Shown here piece by piece: positions 42,001-52,328 of a DNA stretch of 64,000 nucleotides. A model generated the notes under the pieces. It did not search any database, was not told the DNA's origin, and saw nothing but the letters and a program-made list of their open reading frames with translations. Numbering within the stretch: position 1 is the stretch's first letter; the number at the start of each line of letters is the position of its first letter. Both the position numbers and the translations under genes were made by a program. This DNA is from Tubiluchus corallicola (taxonomy: Eukaryota > Animalia > Priapulida): assembly GCA_030141605.1 (NCBI GenBank), contig JAQGDQ010000067.1, positions 673,872-737,871 of the forward strand. The letters are read 5' to 3'.

Positions 42001-45000
42001 CTTCCTAATGAAATCGGGTCTCGAAGTTGCATTTTCCCACAAAACATTTTGTTTGGTTTTGGTGTGAAACTTCGGAAATAGACCAACGTCTTAGCAATGG
42101 CTTCCTCAGATATCTCGACGTTTCTGTGATGCTGGATTTGTGAATAGCTAGCCTACACATCCAAACATGTTATCAGTTGTTCTTTTGTGTGATTGGCGGT
42201 TTTAGTCATTTAAAACCCGGAAAAAGTTTTTTTGAACTCCCAGGCGACGCAAAGCTAAACGCAATAGGAATAAGAGAGATTAATAGAAGAACGAGTGACG
42301 CTATATTGTGTTTATTACCGAACACCAATTCCCAAGAAAGCTGGTACTGGAAAAAGATCCAGACTCAAACCTGAAAGTGTACCAACAATATTTGCATAAA
42401 GGTGATACAACGTCTAGGATCAAAAATTAAAGGTAAATAATAAATGTAAGAAAACTAACAAATAATACCTTCATTTAATTTTGGTTAAATGCTATTTTAA
42501 ATTCTACTCACGCAGCAATGGCTACTACACGTATTGTATTTTTATGTACAGCAGCATTCCAAGCTGTAGACTGTAGATTTAGTCAACTGTGTACTGTACT
42601 TGCAGATGACCTAGCAGTGTGGCACAATGAAGTGCTCCGTTGATCTTTGTGAATACATTATACTGTATTCTTGTACATAACATGCTTTATTCATGCATGT
42701 TACGCCATGTCTATCATGACGTTGGGTCACGATTTGAGCTATCAAGTTATAATAATGTTAATAATGTGGTGCTTTTATATCGATGACATAAAATACAAAA
42801 AACCCTTGGTTATTTTTGAAAAACGATTTTTGTGCTTGATAAACGTGATGGCGACAGTTTATAAAGTTTGTTTGCGAAAATTGCAAGCCAAAACCAAAAG
42901 TATACAGTACATCAGCAAAATCGCTTCAAACCTAAAATTACATGTTACGGTAGGTTGGGAAACATTCATCTAGCCTACACTATTTATTGTTAATAATTGT
43001 GGTAAGTGTAGTAAAGTATAAACTATAAAATAACCACTGCATTTTGTTTTAACAGGATGATACTGATTTAATGCAACCATTGTTTGATTTCCTGTTTCAT
43101 CCTGTATATTTGCTGAAGCATACTTATAACAGTTAACGAAAAAACTCAGAGAAAATAATTTCTTATAAGTGACTAAAACTGACTATAATGAAAACTTATA
43201 GATCATAGACCTTGTAACAGATGAAATGGTGTCACCATGTAAAGTATAATTAAGCTTTATATTACATATCAGTACATATAAACCTAAAAAATGAAGTGAA
43301 TTTTTTTCTGGTTGGCTACATTGTTAAACTAATACTTCTAATTATATCTGATAAACTTGCTTTCAGTTATGATCAATGCTGCAAGTTTTGCTTATTATTT
43401 ACGTAATTTACCAGTGCTTAGTTGCTCAGCTAGTTATCATAATTATTATGTAACCAGGAAAGCAACATGCAAGCTGTCTAGATGGGTTGACTGGGTTTAC
43501 CATGTTCACATTCTTAATAGAGCAGATGTCAAAGTGCTTTACTTTTGCTAACTTGAAAGAATTAACATATCTGTATTAGAGCAGCATTAAACAGTGACTC
43601 TCACCAATGAAATGAAGCCGTACACTTCTGTAAATCTTTTAAGTGTATAATTCGTTTAGAATCGTCTGGCAAGTATAAGTTTTGCAAACAAGGTTTTGAA
43701 GCTCAATTCACAAAAAAAGTTAATTTGGACTTTTTTCTGATTTAAAGAGGTTTAATGCAAAAATTAGATTAGCACTTTTCAAAGTTTGTTGCTGACCAAT
43801 GAATTCTTGTTTTTAGAGAGGCCATAAACCAAAAGAGAATGGCAATTACAAAAAGAAGTGAAAAGACAGATGAGCCTCCTGAGAGTGCAACTGTACATCA
43901 GCTGAAAGTGAAAGGTGTTTTCGGGAAAGTGGAACTGCTGGTCCTGTGCAAAATCCAGTCCACAATCTTGTGAAATTATTTTGTTGTAGAAGAGATGCTG
44001 CTTGTCAGAATTTGCAAATTTTGTTCTGTATAACTGCAATAGTTACAACTACAAACTGATGGTCATGCAATAATAAAGGCTACATCAGTTTAACTTGCCA
44101 AAGGGTTGATAAAAAACATTAGAGAGAAAATGTGCTGTTTTGGCATGCAAACGAAATATTATTTTTTTACGTATAAAGTTACACCTCGAGCATGTGGATT
44201 GTTCACCATCTTTGTACATCTTTTTACAAAGGCTGTAATTTGTGAGCTGTAGTCGTTGTTGGTCATATTGACTTGTTATTTTTGTTTCTTGTATGGCTAT
44301 GATGTCAATTTGTTCTTCATCAGTGTATTTATTAAGAGCTAGCAATGATCGCTCAGACAGATAATTTGTGTTGATCTGGCATAGTGTTAATGGATCAAAG
44401 GAGTTTTTATTTATGGCTTCAACTTTGTACACCTCTCACTCTCTATCCCATGCTTTGTGACCACCTTTGCAGTTTGCACAAGTTTTTTCATCAGAGTCAC
44501 ATTTTTTGCTCTGTGATTTTTTGCATGTTTCCTACATCTTTGTGTGTTCTTGCACCACTTTGATACGTGGCCGTATTCTTGACAGTTGTAACACCAAAGG
44601 GGGATTGATTTTGTGTAAATTCTTCTGCATTAGATATCATAAGATCTATGGGTATGCCTTTTTTGATGGCGGCATTCCGGTCAGATTCAGATTTGAAGTT
44701 TATTTTCTCCAGCGGCAGCACTTGCCCATTATTACATTTAAATCGTTCAATATCTGTCACGTCATGCTTGCGAGTGATGTGGCTTAATGTTTCATGGTGG
44801 CTTAAACTTGTGGTGTGTCACAGTCACGTAACAGCCCAATAAATTTCTGTATTGTTTTTTTTTGCTTTTGTGTTCGCTCTGAAAAAGTACGGCTTCGAGG
44901 GTTCACACGAGTCCTGGAATTCCTGGAATATATTGATTTTATAGCACCCCTGGAATATCCTTGAATTTTACCAGGCCCCCTGCAAAAATCCTAGAAAAAA

Positions 45001-48000
45001 TACCCCTCAGAATCAACGCAGAATGATCAAAAGATTCATGTCCGTAGCATATTTCTGCGGCTTGCCACAAAAAAGCAAAATACACACAAATGTTAGACTG
45101 ACGAAAGCCGACCTGCTAGCTGGCCGCTCAGTTTCAGCCGAAACAAAAACACGTGGTCATGATTGATATTCATGTATGTGCTCAGAAGTATGCATAACAG
45201 TTGAGAGTCGTCAGGAGCCAAGTACAGCAGCATTTTAGCATAGCGGTGAATTAGCACTATTTCTGAATGTACAGTCAAGCCCAATTTGCCCAGTCACTTG
45301 CTGTCTACTGTACCACGTTACGATACCGGTTTCGGTCGATTCACAAAGTAAACATCATTCAACACGCCTCATGGAAAATGTGTTTTCGACGATCAGTGAC
45401 TAAGCAAGTACACGTGGTTAGTGCCGGAGGCTGGCAGTAAACATCTTGCCAAGTATAAGCTTTGTTTTAAAAGTTTTGACATTTCCAACATGGGAGAATC
45501 TGTGATAAAAAGCCACACACTAGGTGCAAAATCATGTGACCATGTGGATGCAGTAGGTGTTACCAATGTTGACATCACAAAGTCAATGTTGATCTCTGCT
45601 GCAGGTAGAAGAGAAAAGTATATGACATACCTGGAAGAACAGAGAAAGGAGAAAGAAAAGACAGCTCTTGGATAGAAGAGAAAAGACCAGATGGAAGAGA
45701 TCGATGGTTTAAAGAAAAAAAGAGCACAACTGCTTGAGGAGGAGTGCAAAAGACAAACAACAGGAACTTAATGACCTCAAATCATTATTGGACGAAAAGG
45801 TCCAGGCTTTGAAAAAGTGAAAACTCGAAAATCATGCTGTTTCACATGTTCATTTGGTTGTTGGTATAAAACTTTGTCTTACAGCATGTACTGGTTTTCA
45901 CTTGCTTTGTGACACGTGCAAGGATTAGAATATTGGAACGTAGATCTGAAAATGTTTGCGATGTTTCAAAAAATGGGTTTTGTGAGGAAAATGTCCTGGA
46001 AATCTCAGGAAATGTCCTGGAATATAGTGGAAAATGCTTCTTCTGGAAGTGTATGAACCCTGGGCTTCCAGTTTTTTATTATATCCTGTGCTGTGATTGA
46101 ATCACCCACCTGAATTTGGATTTTTCCCTTAGCTGTTTTGTACACTGTCTCGTATCTAGTGCGAGGAAAATGTTTGCCCGAGCATCTTTTAATGCTTGCG
46201 CTGGAGCTTACGATGTTCTTTTCCTTGACATTTTCTATCAGTACCGTTCTTGTCGGGTTATATGTTACATTACTAAATGCAGAAAAATACCTGTATGGTT
46301 TTTGAGTTTCATTACTTGGCTGAGCAATTACTTGGTTTTGCCATTATTAACTACATTGCTATAAGATGATTTTGTATAATGCAATAGTTTGGCATTGATT
46401 TCTTTAACATCATCTCGCTTTTTGCATAGGACATTTTGTTGTAACACATTGCATGTTTTTTCTGCATGTGTTATCATCATCCTAGTCTGTATCTATGGAA
46501 TTCTTCTTGTAGCAGCTTTGGCATACTCTGATGATTAGTTGGCGATTGGTCATGTTGTTTTTGGCGTGTCTGCATAACATGCAAGGCTCAGTCATTTCTG
46601 TTTTGTCGTGCTGGCCAGTTTGGACAATAGATTGTTAACAGGTGATCTTCACCCTATTTACTCTTTTGTGCATAGTTAAAGATCCAAGTAATAACTTTCA
46701 AATACTGATATCTTCTTAACTTTACAACTTTGACTGAATTCACTTTCACCAATCAATAGAGAAAATGTACAGGAACACGACAGTTATAATTTTGTCACAT
46801 AAATTTGCGTATGCTACATCATTGGAATCACAAAGAATCAAAGCATTTAACAGAAATCTGCATGGAAGTTTCGCACATGCGCAAAAAGAGAGAGAGAGAG
46901 AGAGATTGTAGTTTGAAAGTTTGTCCAATATTTTAAAACTACTTCAAAAATTACTATACAATGTACAATACTAGGTTTTTAACTAAGATTATATATATAT
47001 ATGTATGTAATAATAACAGCCATAGACATAATATAAAATATATGTATATATATATATATATATATATTATATTATGTCTATGGCTGTGATTATTTTAACT
47101 TCATAATTATGCTCATATAGTTCATGCTTGTAGTCGGCCTGTACACATGTCATGTATTTCAAAACATTACTAAAAATATAAGATGAAACCTGGCTTTACA
47201 GAACTTGCTCATAATACAAACCATCAAAATACCAGTTAAAAGAAGTTTAATAAATAATACTTGTGACAATCATATTGACTATTGTTATTTTTTTTAATTA
47301 AAGCCATTTTCACTTGTATGTTGCTGAGCGTTATGAATGTTGTAATACATCAGAAGCGTTAAGCAGTATATTCTTGCATGTTTTCTATGCTTAGGTGTAA
47401 TAATATTTTAATAGCTGATTAAAAGAGAAAACCTTCGAATGTTTTGAGCAAGATATAGGTACATCAGAAATAAGCAGCTTATCTGGAATTTGGCCCATAC
47501 TGATAATAATTTGGTTAGGATATTGCAATTTTAATTTGAAAGCAAAATGCTACTTGCATGCACTTCCGCCTGTGTTATCTGCACCATCCATCTAGCTTGA
47601 AATATACTCTGATTATCTCCTAGGTCTAGACACCATGAATTAATACTAAAAATATAATTATTAGTTTACAAAACTTTATAACACAAGTCACCAAAATACA
47701 TGCTGATTTGTGCATTCTGTTATTTTTGAACAGGTTGAACTAAACAATCTAAGTAACCTATTATCCTGATTTCTCTTAAACACTAGTTCATCAAGTCGAT
47801 TTGAAGAACTTTGCTCTTCCGCTTTTTACATAAAAATCCAAACTTAAGACATTGTCTGCAGTGAGACTTCGTCTCGCTCTGCTAAAATAAATTAAGTACA
47901 CTTCTACAGCATGCGAAAGTGGGAGCAAAAGTCGCAAAATGTGACACTCGCAAATTTGTGCATATGAATGACCTGATAACCAGACTTCCAGACTTTCTTC

Positions 48001-51000
48001 GGAAGTGACACCTTCGGACCCGATTTCCTCTTACATAAACTATCAAGAAAAATTAAAACATATCAGAAAATCAAAGTTAGAGCATTTCCTTTTTGTTTTT
48101 TGTGTAAAACTGAAACTTCATACAGTACGTTGTATTTGACCTTTAGCAGCATTGACATTCCAAGTAAAAAATTTGTCCTCCAGACTTATGTAGGCTGGGA
48201 AATATGTACTTAAATGTATTACAGTAGGCGCCGCTTAATAGACTCACTTTGGGACCAACGTGTTTTAACCGAATTAACCAACTCAAACCTACTAACCAAT
48301 GAGTGTAGTATTACAGATATAGAAGTATGAGTCATTACCTTACTATCCACTGCAAAGGTTTTAATGAATTTTAGAAACAAAGTAATGCCTAAATTCCTTT
48401 GTGCAGTTTAAAATTGGAATTTTTTTTTAAAATATTAATTTATATAAGTGAATTAGCAATAAATTAAAAAGTATACTTTTTGGAATCACACAAGTCTGTT
48501 TATTTGCAAAAATTACAAAAATTCCTTCAAAGTCGGCTGCTTCATTTTCTCGCGAAGAAGTTGGACCAAAAAGTTCTCGTAATTCTAAAAACGTTGAAAA
48601 TCTGTTCTTGTGTGTCACTAAAACAGTTCTGAATCCCCTGTTCACTTATATTGCTCTTATTTGCTGTTGATGTTTAGTCTTGTAAGTCACAAGGAATACC
48701 AGCTGATTGCTGTACCTGCATCTTTGACTGTTAACTGAGTAAGCCTGAAAGCATGATTTGCAATGAGAGCATCAAAAGGAAACCGCTAGGCAAGTGATAA
48801 AATGTTTAGCTTCCATAAATTCTTTGGGTAACAGTGGGCGAGCGGGCAACAAATTCAAAGCAAAACCACTATGCTAGCGTATTAGTGCTTGATAAATCAA
48901 CCTGCTTATCAACAAAACGGCACTTAACATGATTGTTTCTGCATACATAGTGCACCAAAGGGAAGCAAAGATGATGTAAAAGTAGGAAAGGCCTTTTGGC
49001 ACATACAAATATCTTATTTTAAGTAGGTGAAGGAAAAATATTGAGTCAATTATGCAGAGTTATTTGAGTCAATTACCGATAGTTTTTATGTATATTTGAA
49101 CAGTTCCAGGCGTTATCGAGTCAATTAAGTGAGTGAGTCTACTAACGGTGAGTCTATAAAACAGCGCCTACTGTATAACAAAAGTTGGTGCATAAGTGTA
49201 TTTTAGTGTTATATTACTTTTTGCTCTCTTACAGCACGTGATAGTCAAAATGGAAACCATACTAGTCAAATAGAGGGTGATTCACACTCAGATAGCCGCG
49301 AAATAACATGTCAACTGGAAGTAACAATGCAGCACTGTGACATGCCTTCTGACAATATTGTTGACAATCAGGTTGTTATCAAATTGGTTATTACAAATGC
49401 TCAGCTATTTTAAGATGATGATAGTTATCATATTTTGTGTTATGTATTAGTAGTATCTTATATGTTGTATTAAAACTGATAGTAACTCTGTATGTAAATC
49501 ACTAAATATAATCTAGTTATCTTTTAGATGTACTGTGAAGTATATGTATATGTATCAGCATGCATCAATCATGCATTAATGAGTGAATAATTTTAATAGT
49601 AACACTATTCATTATTTCATAGTAGACATTCTTTCAATTAGCTTCTTTCCTACAGTGGTATTGAGACAATTTCGTACTTTCCTTATTGAAAAATAATTCT
49701 GTGGAGGGGCAACATGACAGTTCCCTTGCTAAAAGGATAGTTTTTAAAGAGAATCTATATTTCATGCTACAGAATATTGTGCAGCAAAAACTGTGAATCT
49801 TAATTAGTCAATCTTGCCCGAATATACCAAAGTATAGCTAACTAGACAAACAACCAGCAGGGAAGTGCATTCTTAACATGCAGTACAGGAAACTAAAAAA
49901 TAAGATCTTTCTTGACAAAATTCAAAGTGGCTAATTTTTACAATTTCCTTTGCCAACAAGCTATGCCACAAGCGTGTTGTGCTTTTTTCACATTCATATT
50001 CGTATTTAATTAAAATCTGCATAACTTTGCCTTAGCAGTATCTTTCATACTACTATTTTATTTTTGCCAACAACTTTTTCTTGCCAATCTCTTGTTATCT
50101 GAATTGACCAAGTGATAACAAAACTCATTGTCTTGCCCAGATTCTACGGATCAATGGCCAATTAATTGCATGTTTCTATTAGCATACACCAATATAGTGT
50201 TATTTTTTTCTAAAATTTCCTAAGAACAGAGCTGTCCTCTTAATATTTTTTGATTTAGTTTATTTTTTTGTTGGCTTACACTTTCGCAAACACTGTAAGA
50301 ACTGCAAGCATTATCACGGATTCATAAGTACCAGTTATTGTAAATGTAGTCCGCTTTAATTTTGTGCTTCTGTAGCAATACATCATATTTGGCTGTGCTT
50401 GTTTGTTTTCTTGTCATTTTAGTTAACATTGTACTTTGTTTTCTCTTTGCTACTTCTTATCTTCTTTCATTGTTTAGATTCTGTGATACTAGAGTAAACA
50501 GTTTGTTAGCAAATATCTTGATAGAGCCTGGCCCTGCAAATTGGAAGCTGCTGTCTATTATTACTCAAGTTGTAGATTGTTTGCATAATTAACACAAACT
50601 TTAACACAAATGCTTTCTCGAAACTTCTTAATAATTTCATAACTGCTTGTGATGTATATGCAGCAGTATATACATTTTTCAACTTAGCACCATGCGAAGA
50701 CTGCTTTCACCCAACACAAAATTAATATCTGACTATATCATAGACCTTCATAGGCCACATAAATGTAGATTTTTAATGCATCAGATCATGCAGTGTGTAG
50801 AAAACTGGAAACGGTAGCATTAAAAAACATTTGTCATTTGTTTTGCCGACTTACATTAGGTTCAAACTTCAATTTGAATTCATTTGTAAACTTTAAATAT
50901 GAATTTCCTTAACAAAAATTGATGTCATTGTGTATGTTACCAGTTTGTGTTAATCCTTGTTCAGATATTGTTGTTTTTATAACATAGATGCTGTTCAGTT

Positions 51001-52328
51001 TACAACTTTTCAGATTGAGTAAATACAATATTTTTGTTCTTAGCATGTAGTTATTGTCATCTTGTCTGATACAATGTTATTTCTGCAGATGTACAACATT
51101 CTCAGCATTTTCTATAGTTTTGTTGATTATAGTTTCCGTTTTTGTAGACTCAAGTTCATCAGCTCAGCCAGTATGTTTTTGCAATTATGCATTTTTGCTG
51201 TAAATGTGCAATATTTCCTGCCCACCATGTTGTCCTTCCTGTGCTTGCAAATGCTGGATCTTACGTAACACCCTCTGGAAGCAATGTTATTACAAACATT
51301 TCAACACTTTTATCAGGCTTTGTGGTTTTTTAGAAGCAGCATCTAACATCACAAACAGGATTTCCAGTGCTACTTATAATGTACGTGTATAAAATGTTTG
51401 TTGGCTTTGTAACACATTTTATAAAATTTATAAAAACGAAACTTTTTTGTGAAATGCAAGCTAGTAAAGTCTTTCCTATCATAAACACAGGCAAGCACTG
51501 CTGAAAAACTAACATATTAGAAAGCAAGAATGGGAACTGTGGTTTTAAATAGTTTTAAATCAGTAGGATTAGATGTAACAGAAATACGTTCTGCCAATAA
51601 TAAGAGTGTTACTTTGCTCAGTAAACTGTTTTTTTTCCATTTCTGTCAATAAATCTGCACACAAGCTAGGATAAGTCTCCTAAGTTAAAGCACAAATCCA
51701 GTCCAGTAAAGAGACGTTTATTATGAAGAAGTGCAGCAGGAATAAATGTCCCAACTTAACAACTATAGAAGAAAATTAAACTTGTTGAATATAGAGCCAA
51801 TCTGGTTTCGCACTAGCAAATGTAGACCAAGTCAAAACGAATCCAGTGCAGTGCTACTAAAAAGTGAAAATTTTGCCAAATTTACTAAGCAATAAGAGAA
51901 GCCATGTACGTGCCAAAGTTTGATTCGGTCAGATTGCGGCATTTTACTGTCTTAGATTAAATGCGTGGTAAATTAAACTTTCTAATTTTTGGCTTAGTTA
52001 CTTTGGAACTATGTTGATTGCTTTTTAGTGTGTAGGCAGTGCAACTTGTTTTTTTTCTGTTTCTTAGTCATTTCTTTTACATCACGTTGAAATTGAGTAG
52101 CATACTGTTTTATGTCAGTTCATTTGCTTTTAGTGTCTCTATTTTTTGTTAGTCTTGTTTATTTTCACTTTATTTATTTACTATTATTATTTTATTTTTG
52201 CTATTCTTATTGCTGATTTTCTATTGTGACAGTGCATGTTGGCACCCACAGATGAGCATTTACCAAATGATAGGACAATCTGCTTACAGCTGTCACGCGA
52301 TGATTTTTCCAACAGTTCCAGTGCTTAG
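10555..52328 (+). CDS. ADGRL: Latrophilin-like adhesion GPCR (family B2), ~31 coding exons, ~1288 aa
   Basis: Phase-consistent GT-AG exon chain (listed individually) totalling 3867 nt without internal stops; HormR, GAIN, GPS ([13 protein letters not shown]) and 7TM motifs ([49 protein letters not shown]) are latrophilin-like. Exact orthology and the last two exons are less certain. Confidence 0.92.
11670..12096. mobile_element. Tc1/mariner (pogo-like) MITE
   Basis: TIRs GCATAAAACGGGGTGAAGAGGGACA / TGTCCTTATTCACCCCGTTTTGCGG flanked by TA. Confidence 0.8.
12302..12406. repeat. Compound (GA)n/GGGA microsatellite
   Basis: Direct reading; core shared with 32990-33140. Confidence 0.9.
13464..13529 (+). 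CDS. ADGRL: aGPCR exon 2: N-terminal half of an EGF domain
   Basis: [21 protein letters not shown] (Cys1-3 of EGF); phase 1-1. Confidence 0.85.
14053..14442. mobile_element. Palindromic MITE-like element with two nested inverted-repeat pairs
   Basis: Inner ~47-bp IR 14126-14172 / 14367-14412; outer IR AAGCCAAGACAGCCACATA / TATGTGGCTGTCATGGCTT. Confidence 0.65.
14678..14875 (+). CDS. ADGRL: aGPCR exon 3: C-type lectin domain 1, part 1
   Basis: [48 protein letters not shown]; phase 1-1. Confidence 0.9.
15010..15301. mobile_element. Degenerate hAT-type MITE
   Basis: CAGTAGCGAACCTA / TAGTTATGCTACAG termini; 8-bp TSD ATTGTAAT / AGTGTAAT (7/8). Confidence 0.55.
16195..16276 (-). mobile_element. 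Degenerate tRNA-derived SINE head or tRNA pseudogene
   Basis: Minus strand has an anticodon-arm-like TTGGACTTGTGATACAA followed by B-box-like AGTTCAAATAC; stems imperfect. Confidence 0.4.
16947..17060 (+). CDS. ADGRL: aGPCR exon 4: CTLD1 part 2
   Basis: [38 protein letters not shown]; phase 1-1. Confidence 0.85.
17113..17248. repeat. (GT)n microsatellite
   Basis: Direct reading. Confidence 0.95.
18018..18137 (+). CDS. ADGRL: aGPCR exon 5: CTLD1 part 3
   Basis: [40 protein letters not shown]; donor GTAAGT; phase 1-1. Confidence 0.85.
19126..19218 (+). CDS. ADGRL: aGPCR exon 6: C-terminal half of the EGF domain
   Basis: [26 protein letters not shown] (Cys4-6); donor after 19206 or 19218, both phase 1. 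Confidence 0.85.
20101..20281 (+). CDS. ADGRL: aGPCR exon 7: RBL/SUEL (Gal_Lectin) domain part 1
   Basis: [54 protein letters not shown]; phase 1-2. Confidence 0.85.
20473..20585 (+). CDS. ADGRL: aGPCR exon 8: RBL domain part 2
   Basis: [36 protein letters not shown]; phase 2-1. Confidence 0.9.
20669..20779 (+). CDS. ADGRL: aGPCR exon 9: CTLD2 part 1
   Basis: [33 protein letters not shown]; phase 1-1. Confidence 0.9.
21224..21505 (-). mobile_element. Possible solo LTR
   Basis: CGTGGCAT ... ATGCCACA short terminal inverted motif, internal TTTATT (minus-strand polyA signal), higher GC; no TSD seen. Confidence 0.35.
22772..22949 (+). CDS. ADGRL: aGPCR exon 10: CTLD2 part 2
   Basis: [20 protein letters not shown]...FWIALKR...[11 protein letters not shown]; phase 1-2. 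Confidence 0.9.
23183..23331 (+). CDS. ADGRL: aGPCR exon 11: CTLD2 part 3
   Basis: [18 protein letters not shown]...[19 protein letters not shown]; phase 2-1. Confidence 0.88.
24282..24416 (+). CDS. ADGRL: aGPCR exon 12: Thr-rich mucin-like stalk
   Basis: [32 protein letters not shown]; phase 1-1. Confidence 0.85.
24688..24783 (+). CDS. ADGRL: aGPCR exon 13: HormR part 1
   Basis: [30 protein letters not shown]; NAGNAG acceptor; phase 1-1. Confidence 0.9.
25536..25639 (+). CDS. ADGRL: aGPCR exon 14: HormR part 2
   Basis: [29 protein letters not shown]; phase 1-0. Confidence 0.9.
27603..27794 (+). CDS. ADGRL: aGPCR exon 15: GAIN subdomain A
   Basis: VLSSHT...[17 protein letters not shown]; phase 0-0. 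Confidence 0.9.
28313..28381 (+). CDS. ADGRL: aGPCR exon 16: GAIN
   Basis: [23 protein letters not shown]; phase 0-0. Confidence 0.88.
28639..28753 (+). CDS. ADGRL: aGPCR exon 17: GAIN
   Basis: [20 protein letters not shown]; phase 0-1. Confidence 0.9.
29112..29328 (+). CDS. ADGRL: aGPCR exon 18: GAIN subdomain B
   Basis: DMVFPD...[14 protein letters not shown]; phase 1-2. Confidence 0.9.
30268..30441 (+). CDS. ADGRL: aGPCR exon 19: GAIN B / GPS start
   Basis: GSLVLSASL...IFTL...VCTYWNESD; phase 2-2. Confidence 0.9.
30915..31032 (+). CDS. ADGRL: aGPCR exon 20: GPS motif and tethered agonist
   Basis: WNQNGC...[18 protein letters not shown]; phase 2-0. Confidence 0.95.
31264..31930 (+). mobile_element. 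Degenerate LINE 3' fragment (RT YADD region), copy 1
   Basis: [15 protein letters not shown]...NTNKTKTL; long stretches nearly identical to 58787-59305. Confidence 0.85.
32485..32588 (+). CDS. ADGRL: aGPCR exon 21: TM1
   Basis: [30 protein letters not shown]; phase 0-2. Confidence 0.95.
32990..33140. repeat. Compound (GA)n/GGGA microsatellite
   Basis: Direct reading. Confidence 0.9.
33440..33542 (+). CDS. ADGRL: aGPCR exon 22: ICL1/TM2
   Basis: [31 protein letters not shown]; phase 2-0. Confidence 0.95.
34242..34392 (+). CDS. ADGRL: aGPCR exon 23: TM3/ICL2
   Basis: [37 protein letters not shown]; phase 0-1. Confidence 0.95.
34700..34766 (+). CDS. ADGRL: aGPCR exon 24: TM4/ECL2
   Basis: [22 protein letters not shown]; phase 1-2. 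Confidence 0.95.
34828..35560 (+). mobile_element. Truncated Tigger/pogo-like element with transposase C-terminal remnant
   Basis: TA|CAGTCTAGCCTCGTTATCTCG left TIR with repeated CTCGTTAT/CTCGCC; ORF 35354-35551 [12 protein letters not shown]...KQLSLLNYF resembles pogo/Tigger C-termini with a PIP-box-like motif. Right TIR not found. Confidence 0.7.
35832..35898 (+). CDS. ADGRL: aGPCR exon 25: ECL2/TM5
   Basis: [22 protein letters not shown]; phase 2-0. Confidence 0.95.
36036..36136 (+). CDS. ADGRL: aGPCR exon 26: TM5/ICL3
   Basis: [33 protein letters not shown]; phase 0-2. Confidence 0.93.
36920..37600 (-). mobile_element. Degenerate LINE fragment (post-RT region)
   Basis: [22 protein letters not shown] resembles the segment after YADD in RTE/CR1-type ORF2; higher GC than flanks. 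Confidence 0.5.
38031..38157 (+). CDS. ADGRL: aGPCR exon 27: TM6-TM7
   Basis: [42 protein letters not shown]; phase 2-0. Confidence 0.95.
38714..38863 (+). CDS. ADGRL: aGPCR exon 28: TM7 end, helix 8
   Basis: [30 protein letters not shown]; phase 0-0. Confidence 0.95.
38885..40420 (-). mobile_element. Degenerate L2/CR1-group LINE ORF2 and 3' end
   Basis: [46 protein letters not shown] and [14 protein letters not shown] in order on the minus strand; (TAA/TTA)n tail near 38890. Confidence 0.88.
41628..41766 (+). CDS. ADGRL: aGPCR exon 29: cytoplasmic tail
   Basis: [46 protein letters not shown]; phase 0-1. Confidence 0.7.
42167..42399 (+). pseudogene. Frameshifted THAP zinc-finger remnant of the Kolobok transposase
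   Basis: FCVIGG...[10 protein letters not shown]...IREINR followed, in another frame, by [11 protein letters not shown] (THAP AVPTIF motif). Confidence 0.7.
44170..46740 (-). mobile_element. LINE 5' part (ORF1 zinc knuckle and APE endonuclease start), interrupted by a DNA transposon
   Basis: [14 protein letters not shown] knuckle (~44430-44480) and [12 protein letters not shown]...[10 protein letters not shown] endonuclease N-terminus; boundaries approximate. Confidence 0.7.
44897..46062 (+). mobile_element. Internally deleted DNA transposon with 6-bp TSD (hAT-related)
   Basis: TIRs GAGGGTTCACAC / GTATGAACCCTG, subterminal CCTGGAA repeats, TSD GGCTTC at 44891-44896 and 46063-46068; ORF 45421-45675 joins a Zn-finger-like [19 protein letters not shown] segment to a coiled-coil C-terminal segment. 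Confidence 0.8.
47016..47086. repeat. Hairpin: 20-bp inverted repeat around a (TA)n core
   Basis: ACAGCCATAGACATAATATA ... TATATTATGTCTATGGCTGT. Confidence 0.85.
48222..49173. mobile_element. Tc1/mariner (Tigger-like) non-autonomous element (952 bp)
   Basis: TA|CAGTAGGCGCCGCTTAATAGACTCAC ... GTGAGTCTATAAAACAGCGCCTACTG|TA. Confidence 0.88.
49235..49371 (+). CDS. ADGRL: aGPCR exon 30: cytoplasmic tail (may instead read on to TAA at 49411-49413)
   Basis: Strong acceptor tttttgctctcttacag, open in phase 1: [30 protein letters not shown]...DNQ. Confidence 0.6.
52233..52328 (+). CDS. ADGRL: aGPCR putative last exon
   Basis: Long T-rich tract then gacag; open in phase 0: [31 protein letters not shown]; AATAAA at 52561. 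Confidence 0.45.
   Translation, partial: CMLAPTDEHLPNDRTICLQLSRDDFSNSSSA

Larger units (their letters stand above)
41907..48142 (+). mobile_element. Degenerate Kolobok-like DNA transposon (~6.2 kb including nested insertions)
   Basis: TTAA|AGGTCAAAT ... ATTTGACCT|TTAG; subterminal IR GAAATCGGGTCTCGAAG (42010) / CTTCGGACCCGATTTC (48012); THAP remnant near the left end. Confidence 0.75.

Noticed and set aside
49900-51530. Possible decayed retroelement and Cys-rich ORF 51204-51392
   Set aside because: No convincing RT/endonuclease motif or splice-supported frame.
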